In this document: in pieces, positions 19,484 through 28,611 of the stretch
How positions within the stretch are numbered: the first letter of the stretch is position 1
Layout: every line of letters starts with the position of its first letter
Source of the DNA: Candidatus Saccharimonadia bacterium
GTDB lineage: Bacteria > Patescibacteriota > Saccharimonadia > UBA4664
Direction: 5' to 3'
DNA: 64,000 nt
Assembly (NCBI GenBank): GCA_041743505.1
Contig: JBGTMQ010000004.1
Location: 3,602-67,601 of the forward strand
The notes under the pieces: generated by a model
What the model saw: only the letters and a program-made list of their open reading frames with translations
What the model was told of the DNA's origin: nothing
Database searches by the model: none
Translations under genes and position numbers: made by a program

Positions 19484-20005
19484 ATGAATACATGGAGGGT
19501 TTTTGCATTTATTGATAGCCAAAATCTCAACTTAGGTGTACGCGACTTAGGCTGGAAAATCGACTACAGAAAGCTCCGTTTGTATCTAAAAAATAAGTAC
19601 AACGTTGATCGTGCTTTCATGTTTATTGGGCTGGTTGGCAATAATCAAAAGCTGTATACACAGCTACAGTCAGCCGGGTTTATCCTCGTATTTAAACCAA
19701 CCATTCGGTATTTTGAGAACGGTAAAGAAACAGTCAAGGGAAACGTCGATGCGGAACTTGTATTGCATGCTGCAGCTATTGAATACCCGAATTATGACAA
19801 AGCCATTATCGTCAGTGGTGACGGCGATTTCGCTTGCTTAATAGAGTTTTTAGTAGATAAGGACAAACTTCTTCATATTCTGACACCAAATGGAAAATAT
19901 TCGAAACTATTGAAGCCTTATGCCAAATACATCATTGAAATCGAAAAACTCAAAACATCACTAGAGTATCAAAAGACCGGCATCGGCGGTCGGTCGAAAC
20001 CTTAG
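19484..20005 (+). CDS. NYN-domain (LabA/DUF88, PIN-like) ribonuclease
   Basis: FIDSQNL, KGNVDAELV, IVSGDGDF. Confidence 0.88.
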   Translation: MNTWRVFAFIDSQNLNLGVRDLGWKIDYRKLRLYLKNKYNVDRAFMFIGLVGNNQKLYTQLQSAGFILVFKPTIRYFENGKETVKGNVDAELVLHAAAIEYPNYDKAIIVSGDGDFACLIEFLVDKDKLLHILTPNGKYSKLLKPYAKYIIEIEKLKTSLEYQKTGIGGRSKP

Positions 20006-20130
20006 GCCTATCCGGTCATGATGATGTCTCCATTATATCAAGCAACTACAAGTTGTCAAGTTATCATTAATGTTGCCTAGTAAGCAAACCCCCGGCTCTT
20101 CTAATATCAAAGTAACCAGGCAACAAAACC

Positions 20131-20310
20131 ATGGCCTATAACACTTCTCTAGCCAACCGCATCCGCGAAAAATTATCGGACCAACAAACGCTCACCGAAA
20201 AGCGAATGTAGGGCCACGTGTATATTGACGGTGAACAATTCAAAGATGATGCCAACCTCGACCAGTGGCTAAAGCTGTGTTTAGACTATAACGCCAAGTT
20301 ATCGACTTAA
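20131..20310 (+). pseudogene. Internally deleted TfoX/Sxy-N-like gene
   Basis: Reads MAYNTSLANRIREKLSDQQTLTEKRM*GHVYIDGEQFKDDANLDQWLKLCLDYNAKLST*, the family N- and C-termini joined at an in-frame TAG. Confidence 0.65.
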
Positions 20311-20315
20311 TATTG

Positions 20316-20741
20316 TTAGCCCTCTAGGCTTTGAGCATATTGGTCGACCAGTAATTTGAACTCTTGCCACAATTCCTCATCAGCTTCTGGAGTTGTACCG
20401 CCCTGCCCAGCAAAATCTAACCTTCCGGCCACACCATAAAGTTGGTCTAATATCGCGTATTTTGGTTCTAATTTATCACCAAGTAGCTTTACGGGTGGCA
20501 TAACAAAACCTCCGACTAACGTGACAACCTGATTACCCACTATATATAATTCCATCTCACCCCGCTCCCGCTCAGCAATTGCGGCACGGCAATACTGCAC
20601 AAATAACCCAGGCTTACTTGCCTGAGCGGCAGCTCTAGTTGCCTTAAAGTAGTGATTTGAATTCAACTGAGAACTTGAGTGGATCATGATCGAATCGATT
20701 AATAATTGCATTGTAACAGTAGTGCGGGCGGTGTTACCCAA
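20316..20741 (-). CDS. Hypothetical small helical protein (start uncertain)
   Basis: ORF downstream of the coiled-coil gene; weak resemblance to 29418-29735. Confidence 0.45.
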   Translation of the reverse strand: MGNTARTTVTMQLLIDSIMIHSSSQLNSNHYFKATRAAAQASKPGLFVQYCRAAIAERERGEMELYIVGNQVVTLVGGFVMPPVKLLGDKLEPKYAILDQLYGVAGRLDFAGQGGTTPEADEELWQEFKLLVDQYAQSLEG

Positions 20742-20783
20742 CCCGCACTACTTTAAATAAATTTCCTATCCGGTATGACCTTT

Positions 20784-21866
20784 TTACCAGTCACCCCGAT
20801 ACTCACCCTCATACCGCTCGTTGCGGTTCTGATTACGCTGACTCTGCCTACGTTCAGGCGTATCATCTTCCGGACGGTACTTGCTGCCACGGAAATTCTG
20901 CGGACCGTGATCCGCAAACGGCTCACGTCTATAGGTGACTTCCCCATCTGACTCGAAGTGGTAATGACCGTGATAGAGCTGGTCCGAGCCGATACCACCG
21001 AAGAATACATCGATGCTTCCATCAGGATTATGTCGAACTACAGCATCTTCTCGATACTGAACTGGAATAGCGGCAATGCTCAGAGCATCTTCTTTTGCCG
21101 CTTGAATCTCAGTTTTGCGGTCCTTGAATGCATCATGCGCCTCGATAAAACGACGCTTTGCGGTGCGAAAATCATCTCGCAAACGTACATGGGTATCTTT
21201 AGCGGACTTGAACTCCGCCCGTTCACGGTCAAACTCAGCCTTGGCAGCCTGGAACTCACGTTGCTTACGCTCGTGTTCTGCCTTAGCGTCGTTGAAGTCG
21301 CTGCGAGCACGATCAAAATCAAGTTTGGCTGACTGGAACGGAGACCGTGTTTCTTCCCACCTTGCCTGAGATTGGCGGATTTCATCAACAAGGTCACGCC
21401 GTTCCTCGACATAGCCCCGAGACTCATCCTTGTACCGGTGACCATCGTCAGCATATCCTCTAGCAGAAGCACCATCACCGCTGTTATGGGCGTCGGATGC
21501 ATTATCAAACGCATCCTTCATATTCTGATAGGCAGTTTCTTGATCACGGTTCAGGTCATCAATACGAGGACCATTGTAAGAACGGACGCGCTGGAGTTCT
21601 TCCCAGGCTGCCTGTTGGTCATCGTAAGCTCGCTGCTTGAGTTCGTAAGCTCGATCCATTTCGTCACGAGCAGCCTGTCGCCGCTGCCATGCATCATTCT
21701 GAGCTTCATACGCAGTCTGCTTTGCTGTATACGCTCGGTTCATGTCGTCCTGAGCAGCCTGTCGGCAATCCCAGGCTCGATCTTGGGCCTCCTGCGCGTC
21801 CTGCTTGCATGCAAACGCATGGTCCTGCACCGCCCGAAGGCGCTCAAGTTCACTGTCGCGAGGCAT
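20784..21866 (-). CDS. Long coiled-coil protein with C-terminal HGHY domain
   Basis: Internal repeats (AQDRAWDCRQAAQDDMNRAY / AQNDAWQRRQAARDEMDRAY); globular tail VFFGG...HGHYH. Confidence 0.75.
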   Translation of the reverse strand: MPRDSELERLRAVQDHAFACKQDAQEAQDRAWDCRQAAQDDMNRAYTAKQTAYEAQNDAWQRRQAARDEMDRAYELKQRAYDDQQAAWEELQRVRSYNGPRIDDLNRDQETAYQNMKDAFDNASDAHNSGDGASARGYADDGHRYKDESRGYVEERRDLVDEIRQSQARWEETRSPFQSAKLDFDRARSDFNDAKAEHERKQREFQAAKAEFDRERAEFKSAKDTHVRLRDDFRTAKRRFIEAHDAFKDRKTEIQAAKEDALSIAAIPVQYREDAVVRHNPDGSIDVFFGGIGSDQLYHGHYHFESDGEVTYRREPFADHGPQNFRGSKYRPEDDTPERRQSQRNQNRNERYEGEYRGDW

Positions 21867-22034
21867 GTCAGTAGCCTATTCGTGTGAAGGGACTGGAAAA
21901 ACTCACGCGGGATTGCGTGAGTTGCGATTATCACATAAAATATGCTACTTTGTCAAACAAAAACAATCGGATTGCTGCTTCACAAGACCTTAAACATAAA
22001 TATACGGCCGGTATAATATAAATCTGCTATAACC

Positions 22035-22130
22035 TCACCCGACCGCAACCTCAGCGGTCAGGGTAACCGGGTCCGCATCCAGGGTCGCAGGCATGTCCCT
22101 TGCCCAGTCATCATCATCATCATCAAAAAT
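22035..22130 (-). pseudogene. Orphan 3' gene remnant with poly-Asp
   Basis: Minus frame IFDDDDDDWARDMPATLDADPVTLTAEVAVG*; (TCA)6 at 22108-22125; abuts hairpin 22132-22164. Confidence 0.35.
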
Positions 22131-22168
22131 CAGGGTAGCTGACGAATGGATCGTTAGCTACCCTTGGG

Positions 22169-22519
22169 TTATTCGGCTGACACTCTCCTGAGCCATTCAC
22201 CCTGGGCTGCGGACTCCCGGTCCATCCAGTCGAGACAAGCGTCTTCGATGTTACTTTGAGTACTCAATATATGGCATTCATAGTCCCAGGCATAATCCAC
22301 GTTGGTACCTGGCGGAACATCATCTTTGCGGAAATCAGCCTCGGTTATGGCGAGACTGTAGACATCGTAAGTGTCTTGGCCGGCCACACCGAGCGCGGCG
22401 AGATGGGCCTCGATGTCTGCAGTGGTGGTTGGAATTTGTTCGAGTTCACGAGCCAGGACGAATTGGTAGAGTTTGCGGGCAGCGGCGCGGATCGCTGCAG
22501 AATACTCACGTTCGGCCAT
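22169..22519 (-). CDS. Hypothetical protein
   Basis: AAAGGAG RBS before ATG 22519; hairpin downstream. Confidence 0.6.
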   Translation of the reverse strand: MAEREYSAAIRAAARKLYQFVLARELEQIPTTTADIEAHLAALGVAGQDTYDVYSLAITEADFRKDDVPPGTNVDYAWDYECHILSTQSNIEDACLDWMDRESAAQGEWLRRVSAE

Positions 22520-22684
22520 GTCACTCCTTTGGATAAGGTGCTGCCGGTTGCGTGGATTTATTATAGATTGGACGGAACAATAATCAAGAGAGCCGGCTTC
22601 TGCGCGAAAGCCCGAAGTTGACAATTTCAACTATATTTGGTATAATAAAAAGGTCATAGTCTCATCCTGCAAGAGAGGTGAAGC

Positions 22685-22960
22685 ATGAGTGAGCCAACCG
22701 CCTTTGTGCCCAAGGAAGTTCCACCAACCCCACCGGGATCAAACCGTGAAGTTCTCGAAACCATGTTCCGTGCTGCCGGTATTGTGTTTTCCGTTTTCCC
22801 TCACCAGGAGCCTACATACCCCCCTCAGGTCGTCGCTGTATTCCACATCGAAGGCAACAGCCAAACACAACCACTGCCCGGGTGGGAAAGTCCCCACCTC
22901 TCCACGGACATTCTGTTCGACAAGGAAGGCAAGCTCCTGGCCGTTTGGCCTTCTGAGTAA
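22685..22960 (+). CDS. Hypothetical protein
   Basis: TTGACA-17-TATAAT promoter (about 22619-22647), GAGGTG RBS. Confidence 0.6.
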   Translation: MSEPTAFVPKEVPPTPPGSNREVLETMFRAAGIVFSVFPHQEPTYPPQVVAVFHIEGNSQTQPLPGWESPHLSTDILFDKEGKLLAVWPSE

Positions 22961-23168
22961 ACCTACCACATTCTCCCGAGGAGGATATCGAGACGAAAGC
23001 ACTTACTAACCAGCGTCCATACATCCGATGCTAACCAGCTTATAGCTGGCTAGCCCACCCCCTTCGCAAAGCATCAATCTGCGAAGGGGGTTTCATTGTG
23101 CAAGTCATAAAATTATGTTAAAAACATGACACTGGTTTTTACGAAGCTACTACACGAGGAGCAGCGTC

Positions 23169-23657
23169 ATGACCACATGGCAAGACATCTATGAGCAACT
23201 CGTAAACGGCATTCCGCCCGAAGAAGACACAGCCCTTATCCGCCGGGAAAAGGGCAATATGGCTGCGGCCGACACCTGTATCAGCGAGTTTCTGGCGGGA
23301 CGACAACCGCCCTCGGAGGCCCCTATCGGCGTCAATTGGGACTGGGAAGCCTCCTTCATTCACGGACCAGGCCGCCGGCGGTCTACCTATAGCTTGGGTA
23401 TCAACCGTGACGGCACTTGGAACTTAACCGAGTCAGTACGCAACGACAAGGTGATGTACTTATTCTGCCTGTGCATACGGAATCTGCAAAACGGCAACTA
23501 CCAGGAGCAGTACCTCGGCCAACTTGACCCCATGCTGGATCGCCTCACCGATAACGAGTGGTACGCCTTTCGCCTGGCGCTGGGTACACTGATGCGCAAA
23601 TGCGATATCCCCTTCCCTACGCATGAGCCGGCTGTAGAGATTAATACTACTATGTAG
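23169..23657 (+). CDS. Hypothetical protein, possibly extending to 23744 past an internal TAG
   Basis: GAGGAG RBS; the frame stays open for 28 codons after the TAG. Confidence 0.55.
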   Translation: MTTWQDIYEQLVNGIPPEEDTALIRREKGNMAAADTCISEFLAGRQPPSEAPIGVNWDWEASFIHGPGRRRSTYSLGINRDGTWNLTESVRNDKVMYLFCLCIRNLQNGNYQEQYLGQLDPMLDRLTDNEWYAFRLALGTLMRKCDIPFPTHEPAVEINTTM

Positions 23658-23791
23658 CCGACTGAGCCATTCGGCCTACCTCTCAACAACCACGAGTATA
23701 TCGAGCTCAGCTACTTCCTCTACGACTACTTCTACGACGTCTAAAACCAAGCGCCCGTCACCATTCACCGGTGGCGGGCCTCAACAATTGC

Positions 23792-24055
23792 CTATGCCCC
23801 AATCAAAGCGCGCAACAACCACTGGATAAATTGAAGGATCAAATACGCCACCAATGGCGACAAATCCAGACCAGGCATTATTTCCGGCAGCATCCGCCGC
23901 ACGGGCTCCAGTATTGGCTCAGTCAATGTCACTAGGCCCTGATAAAAACTATTCGTCGGACTGGCAACATAACTCATAACAATCCGCACAATCAACAGAA
24001 TGCTGAAGATCATTACGAACAAATCAACAAATGTCAGAATGACTAGTTGTATCAC
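23792..24055 (-). CDS. yggT: YggT family membrane protein
   Basis: LTEPILEPVRR, GLDLSPLVA. Confidence 0.9.
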   Translation of the reverse strand: MIQLVILTFVDLFVMIFSILLIVRIVMSYVASPTNSFYQGLVTLTEPILEPVRRMLPEIMPGLDLSPLVAYLILQFIQWLLRALIGA

Positions 24056-24315
24056 GGCGTTGCCAGATAGCTAATTTCCGTTGGTGACGGCAATTGCTCC
24101 GGGTTATCCCACAGCTGCACCGGACTACCATCGTCACGCACCACCATCACAGCCGGCCGCGCAAAAATTTCATAATGCTCAGCTAACTGAATACCACGCA
24201 GCGAATCAGCATCCAACAACTCGGCATGCACTTGATGCGGTTCAAGCCGTTTGGCCAGCTCCTGCATCTGGCGCTCACCCATGGTTCGGCGGTTGTAGAG
24301 AAGGTAGGTAATCAT
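24052..24315 (-). CDS. Thioredoxin-like fold hypothetical protein (no CxxC)
   Basis: LAEHYEIFARPAVMVVRDDG resembles a Trx C-terminal half; coupled to yggT. Confidence 0.55.
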   Translation of the reverse strand: MITYLLYNRRTMGERQMQELAKRLEPHQVHAELLDADSLRGIQLAEHYEIFARPAVMVVRDDGSPVQLWDNPEQLPSPTEISYLATP

Positions 24316-24395
24316 CTAGCGTTCATTGTATCAAATAAAACCGCTCCAGGGTCACCCGAATACGGGAACCCTGGAGCGTACTTGCAAACCATCAT

Positions 24396-24959
24396 CTAGG
24401 CCACCCGGTACTCAAAGCTGCCATGAGTCACCAGCGCTTGAACCAGTAACGCCGGTAACACAGCGTCGCGCAGTGGTACGGGATCACCCGGAGTGAGCCG
24501 GTCCAGCTCATCCAAATCCCGGGCAATATCATGGCGCCTCACCAGTGTAATCACGCCGGCCCACGTCTTGGTCGTGATATCGTCATGAGGCACAAACACC
24601 CGGCAGCGGCTGATCACCTTCTGAGGATTACCACGCCGGTACTCCGAAAGACCGCTCGCACCCCTGGCATTAACATCCGGTCCAGCTCCCGGTACCTGGT
24701 GATGACCGCTCCGGCCTCTGCCCCGCCGGCCGCCACCTCCTTGGCCACGCGCCGCTTCCTCCCGCGATACAAACCGCCCGGCCTTGAGTAGGGCTTCACG
24801 GCGTTTAGCCAATAGTGCATTGTCCCACACCATAACTACCCGCTCCGGCTCGATCGCATTCAACGCCTCCGGCCTCACCAAACCCATCATCAAGTTCACG
24901 ATAGTCTGGCGCCTTACGCCCCGGTTAAACATATAACCGGTTTTCAACTCACTAGCCAT
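24396..24959 (-). CDS. Hypothetical protein
   Basis: GGAGG RBS before ATG 24959; hairpin at about 24343-24377. Confidence 0.55.
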   Translation of the reverse strand: MASELKTGYMFNRGVRRQTIVNLMMGLVRPEALNAIEPERVVMVWDNALLAKRREALLKAGRFVSREEAARGQGGGGRRGRGRSGHHQVPGAGPDVNARGASGLSEYRRGNPQKVISRCRVFVPHDDITTKTWAGVITLVRRHDIARDLDELDRLTPGDPVPLRDAVLPALLVQALVTHGSFEYRVA

Positions 24960-25009
24960 GGATATCAATCCTCCGCTCGGGTAGTCACCATTTTGTATCA
25001 CCCATTAAC

Positions 25010-25176
25010 AAAAAATGGAGCCTCTCGGCTCCGGTATTTCGTTCTAGTGGGTGTGAAGAACCGAAGCCGCTACGCGTCACCAATCAGAATAAAGCCTACA
25101 AAGGCCCCGTTCGAAATCAGGTTTACGCGTACAGACTTCATAGATAAAGCCTAGAACAACAAACCACCCACGTCAA
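25010..25176 (-). other. Small transcription unit: promoter, 23-aa leaderless sORF or sRNA, intrinsic terminator
   Basis: TTGACG-17-TAGGCT; ATG 25141 to TAG 25070; GGAGCC-GAGA-GGCTCC-ATTTTTT. Confidence 0.55.
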
Positions 25177-25278
25177 ATGTCAATAAGAACGATAAACAAA
25201 GTAGCAGGGCCGGTTCCTCGGAGTGCATGACGCACCCAAAGAACCGGCCCAATGGTGGAACAGGTAGAGCTAGAAAAA

Positions 25279-28200
25279 TCAGCTGCAACCGCTGGTAGAG
25301 CCGCAGCCTTCGCAGACGTAGCACGAGCCAGCCGGCCGCATCTTCGTCCCGCAGGTCATGCACAAGGGCGCATCAACCGGCATCCGCGCGGTAAACACTT
25401 CACCCGCCGGCACTTGCTCCGGAATCACCGTCACAACACCCTGGGGCGCCTCAGTTTCCAGCCGGTCAGCCGGAGACTCCACCTGACCGTTCCGACGACC
25501 CGCCAACAGTTCAGCCGCTCCGCGGCGCTTTGGCATGCCGTACTGAGCAGTAATGCGGCGAGGATCTGTCGCATACTGCTTGTCAATTTCCTGCGTCCGC
25601 TCGGTTGCAGTGAAGATGCCCAGATCGGCCCGAATTGCAAACGGCAGGTAGTCAATAGCCAACCGCCTGAACAGGTAGTCCATCACCGACACCGGCAACC
25701 GGACATCCGGATCCTTGGTGATACCCGCCGGAGCAAAGTTCATGTTGATAAACTTTGCCACGAACGTCTCCAGCGGCACTCCATACTGGAGACCGATCGA
25801 GATCGCCACCGAGAAGGCGTCCATCAAGCCGGCCAGGGTTGACCCCTGCTTGCTCATCTTGATGAAAACCTCGCCTGGCTCACCATTGCCAACCGGACGG
25901 CCAAGATACTCCGACAGTTCGTCGTCGAGGTATTCGCCAACCGTGGCATATCCCTCAGCGCCGGCAATCGAGAACGAGATAGTTTCACCCGCCCGCCTCG
26001 ACGGCAACCGGCGGCGGTCAGGCCGGTGGTTTGCAATCTCAGACTCCAACTCTGCCACACGGGCCTTCAGTGCCTTAACGTCATCGCTGTCGGCGACGCT
26101 CGCCTTGGCATCCGACAGTGGCTGGCCCACTTTGCAGTTATCGCGGTAAATCGCCAGCGCCTTAACACCGAGCTTCCAGCTCTGGAAGTAGATTTCTCTG
26201 ACTTCCTCGACCGTAGCCGACTCCGGCATGTTCACCGTCTTAGAGATCGCCCCCGAAATAAACGGCTGGGTCGCCGCCATCATCCGGACGTGTCCCATGG
26301 GCGAGATAGCCCGTTCACCGACCGCACAGTCAAACACCTCGTAATGCTCGGCCAGAAGCCCTGGCGCGCCCATCACGTGGCCCTTTTCCTGCACATACTC
26401 CTTGATCGCCTTCACACTGTCCGGTGCGTAGCCCAAGTACTCAAGTGCCAGATGGACCGCCTGGTTGACAATCTGCATCGAACTGCCACCAACGAGCTTC
26501 TTGAACTTCACCAGCGAGAAATCGGGCTCGATGCCTGTGGTATCGCAGTCCATCATGAACCCAATGGTTCCCGTCGGTGCCAGCACCGAGAACTGGGAGT
26601 TGCGCCATCCATCGCGCTCACCAAGCTCAATCGCTTCGTCCCAAGCCTTGTAGGCCCGGGCAAAGAGATCACGATCATCGGCACCCATCGGCACAATTGC
26701 CTCGTTTGCCTCCCGATGCTGACGCATAACCCGCCGGTGGTGTTCAGCGTTGCGCTCGTAGCCCTGGTACGGGCCAACCACGCTAGCCAGCCGGGCACTC
26801 TGTCGCGCAGATACTGCCTGCATCAGGCTGGTAATCAGCGCAGCCGCCGAACGGCCACCTTCGGAGTCGTAACCCCGGCCGGTCGACATCAAAAACGCAC
26901 CAATGTTGGCGTACCCCAGCCCGAGCTGACGGTACTTGTGAGTAGTGTCAGCGATAGCCGGCGTCGGGAAATCCGCGAAACAAATCGAGATGTCCATGGC
27001 CGTAATCGCCAGCTCCACGCCATGCACGAACGTCTCAGCGTCGAACGAGCCGTCAGCCTTGCGGAACTTCATCAGATTGAACGACGCCAGGTTACAACTG
27101 GAGTTGTCCAAGTGATGGTACTCCGCGCATGGATTCGAGGCCGTAATGCGCCCCGTATCCGGACAGGTATGCCACCGGTTAATGGTGCCGTCATACTGAA
27201 CGCCAGGGTCGGCGCATTCCCAAGCCGCACGAGCCATCTTATCGAACAGCTCGCGAGCGTCCACCTCCCAGGTCTGGTCAGTAATCCGGGCCCGCAACAG
27301 GTGCATCCCGCCGTCCTCCACGGCCTGCATGAATTCGTCACTCACACGAACCGAGTTGTTGGCATTCTGATACTGCACCGAGAAGCTGTCGCTGCCACTG
27401 AGATCCATATCGAACCCGGCATCCCGCAGCGCCTTGATCTTCTTTTCCTCATGCGCCTTGGTCTCGATAAAGTCCCCGACATCAGGATGGTCCACATCAA
27501 GCAGCACCATCTTGGCCGCCCGTCGGGTTGCCCCGCCAGACGAGATAGTCGCAGCAGATGAGTCCGCCCCCCGCATAAAGGAAACCGGTCCCGACGGTGT
27601 ACCGCCGGCCGACAACAGCTCCCTGCTGGAGCGAATCCTGGACAGGTTAAGACCTGCACCCGAACCGCCCTTAAAGATCAGCCCCTCTTCGCGGTACCAG
27701 TTGAGAATCGAGTCCATCGTGTCATCGACGCTCAGTATGAAGCAGGCCGAAACCTGCTGCGCCCGGCCCTCCCAGCCCACATTGAACCAGACCGGCGAGT
27801 TGAAGCTGAACACCTGGTGCAGCAGCATGTAGGTCAGCTCGTGCTCAAAAACGAGGGCGTCCTCATTCGTAGCAAAGTAGCTGAACCTTTTGCCGGTCTT
27901 CACGTACTGACCCACAACCCGGTCAATCAATTGCTTCAGCGAGTGCTCCCGCTTCGGCGTCCCCCGCTGGCCGCGAAAGTACTTGGTCGTCACGATATTA
28001 ACCGCATTGATCGACCAGGACGTCGGAAATTCCACACCGGACTGCTCGAAATTGACCGTTCCATCCCGCCAGTTGATCATTTGGACGTCGCGAGACGTCC
28101 ACTCAACCTCATCATACGGGTGGGTACCAACAGTCGTAAACCGGCGCTCAAACGTTAATCCACTGCCTCGGACCGGGTTATGACCCTGAAACGGGCCGTC

Positions 28201-28338
28201 AGTCTCGGCTTCCCAAGGCGCCACCGGCAGCGTCGGCCGCTCAGTTGCCGCCACGTCAGGCTTTGCAGCCGTATTGCCTCTCACTCGGCGACCGTTCTGA
28301 GTGGTCTCAGTGGCAGCCTGATCAGTTACGGTAGTCAT
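25279..28338 (-). CDS. nrdJ: Class II (adenosylcobalamin-dependent) ribonucleotide reductase
   Basis: QQVSACFIL, ASNPCAEY, SCNLAS, APTGTI, C-terminal TSCPD/Zn-ribbon ending SGCS; GGAAGGAAG RBS before ATG 28338. Confidence 0.95.
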   Translation of the reverse strand: MTTVTDQAATETTQNGRRVRGNTAAKPDVAATERPTLPVAPWEAETDGPFQGHNPVRGSGLTFERRFTTVGTHPYDEVEWTSRDVQMINWRDGTVNFEQSGVEFPTSWSINAVNIVTTKYFRGQRGTPKREHSLKQLIDRVVGQYVKTGKRFSYFATNEDALVFEHELTYMLLHQVFSFNSPVWFNVGWEGRAQQVSACFILSVDDTMDSILNWYREEGLIFKGGSGAGLNLSRIRSSRELLSAGGTPSGPVSFMRGADSSAATISSGGATRRAAKMVLLDVDHPDVGDFIETKAHEEKKIKALRDAGFDMDLSGSDSFSVQYQNANNSVRVSDEFMQAVEDGGMHLLRARITDQTWEVDARELFDKMARAAWECADPGVQYDGTINRWHTCPDTGRITASNPCAEYHHLDNSSCNLASFNLMKFRKADGSFDAETFVHGVELAITAMDISICFADFPTPAIADTTHKYRQLGLGYANIGAFLMSTGRGYDSEGGRSAAALITSLMQAVSARQSARLASVVGPYQGYERNAEHHRRVMRQHREANEAIVPMGADDRDLFARAYKAWDEAIELGERDGWRNSQFSVLAPTGTIGFMMDCDTTGIEPDFSLVKFKKLVGGSSMQIVNQAVHLALEYLGYAPDSVKAIKEYVQEKGHVMGAPGLLAEHYEVFDCAVGERAISPMGHVRMMAATQPFISGAISKTVNMPESATVEEVREIYFQSWKLGVKALAIYRDNCKVGQPLSDAKASVADSDDVKALKARVAELESEIANHRPDRRRLPSRRAGETISFSIAGAEGYATVGEYLDDELSEYLGRPVGNGEPGEVFIKMSKQGSTLAGLMDAFSVAISIGLQYGVPLETFVAKFINMNFAPAGITKDPDVRLPVSVMDYLFRRLAIDYLPFAIRADLGIFTATERTQEIDKQYATDPRRITAQYGMPKRRGAAELLAGRRNGQVESPADRLETEAPQGVVTVIPEQVPAGEVFTARMPVDAPLCMTCGTKMRPAGSCYVCEGCGSTSGCS

Positions 28339-28611
28339 GTCACTTCCTTCCCTTCCTGCCCTTTTTCGGCAGACTAGGTATTTCCAGTGTGCCGGGGCAG
28401 CCAAGGTTTGGTTGATTGGCTAACGATCCCACGGACAGCTGGGGCACCTGCACCCTCCACAGGTTCCCCAATTGCCCGCACGATTCTCTTCAGCCATCAT
28501 GCATGCCTATATTTCCTAACTCTAACTTTTCAATGTCCCTATCCTAACCCGTTGGGGCTAGTTTGGAGGCGTCAACAAAAGAATCCCCCAAATCAGCCAC
28601 AAATTTTCCGG

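Noticed and set aside
20209-23657. TAG reassignment suggested by two in-frame TAGs
   Set aside because: Core genes such as hisS, secF, priA, map and rbfA end normally in TAG, and TGA is also used as a stop, so code 11 fits.
17800-23790. Prophage or IS element in the ORFan-rich stretch
   Set aside because: No integrase, transposase, terminase or structural gene recognised, and no terminal repeats found.
25010-25160. 6S RNA call
   Set aside because: The rod-like pairing is suggestive, but the outer stem overlaps the predicted -10 and the unit is short; left as an unknown sRNA/sORF.
26026-27561. 511-aa plus-strand ORF
   Set aside because: Antisense to the GC-rich nrdJ, with no motifs; explained by codon bias.
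28339-28611. Cobalamin riboswitch call
   Set aside because: No convincing B12 box or core consensus seen.
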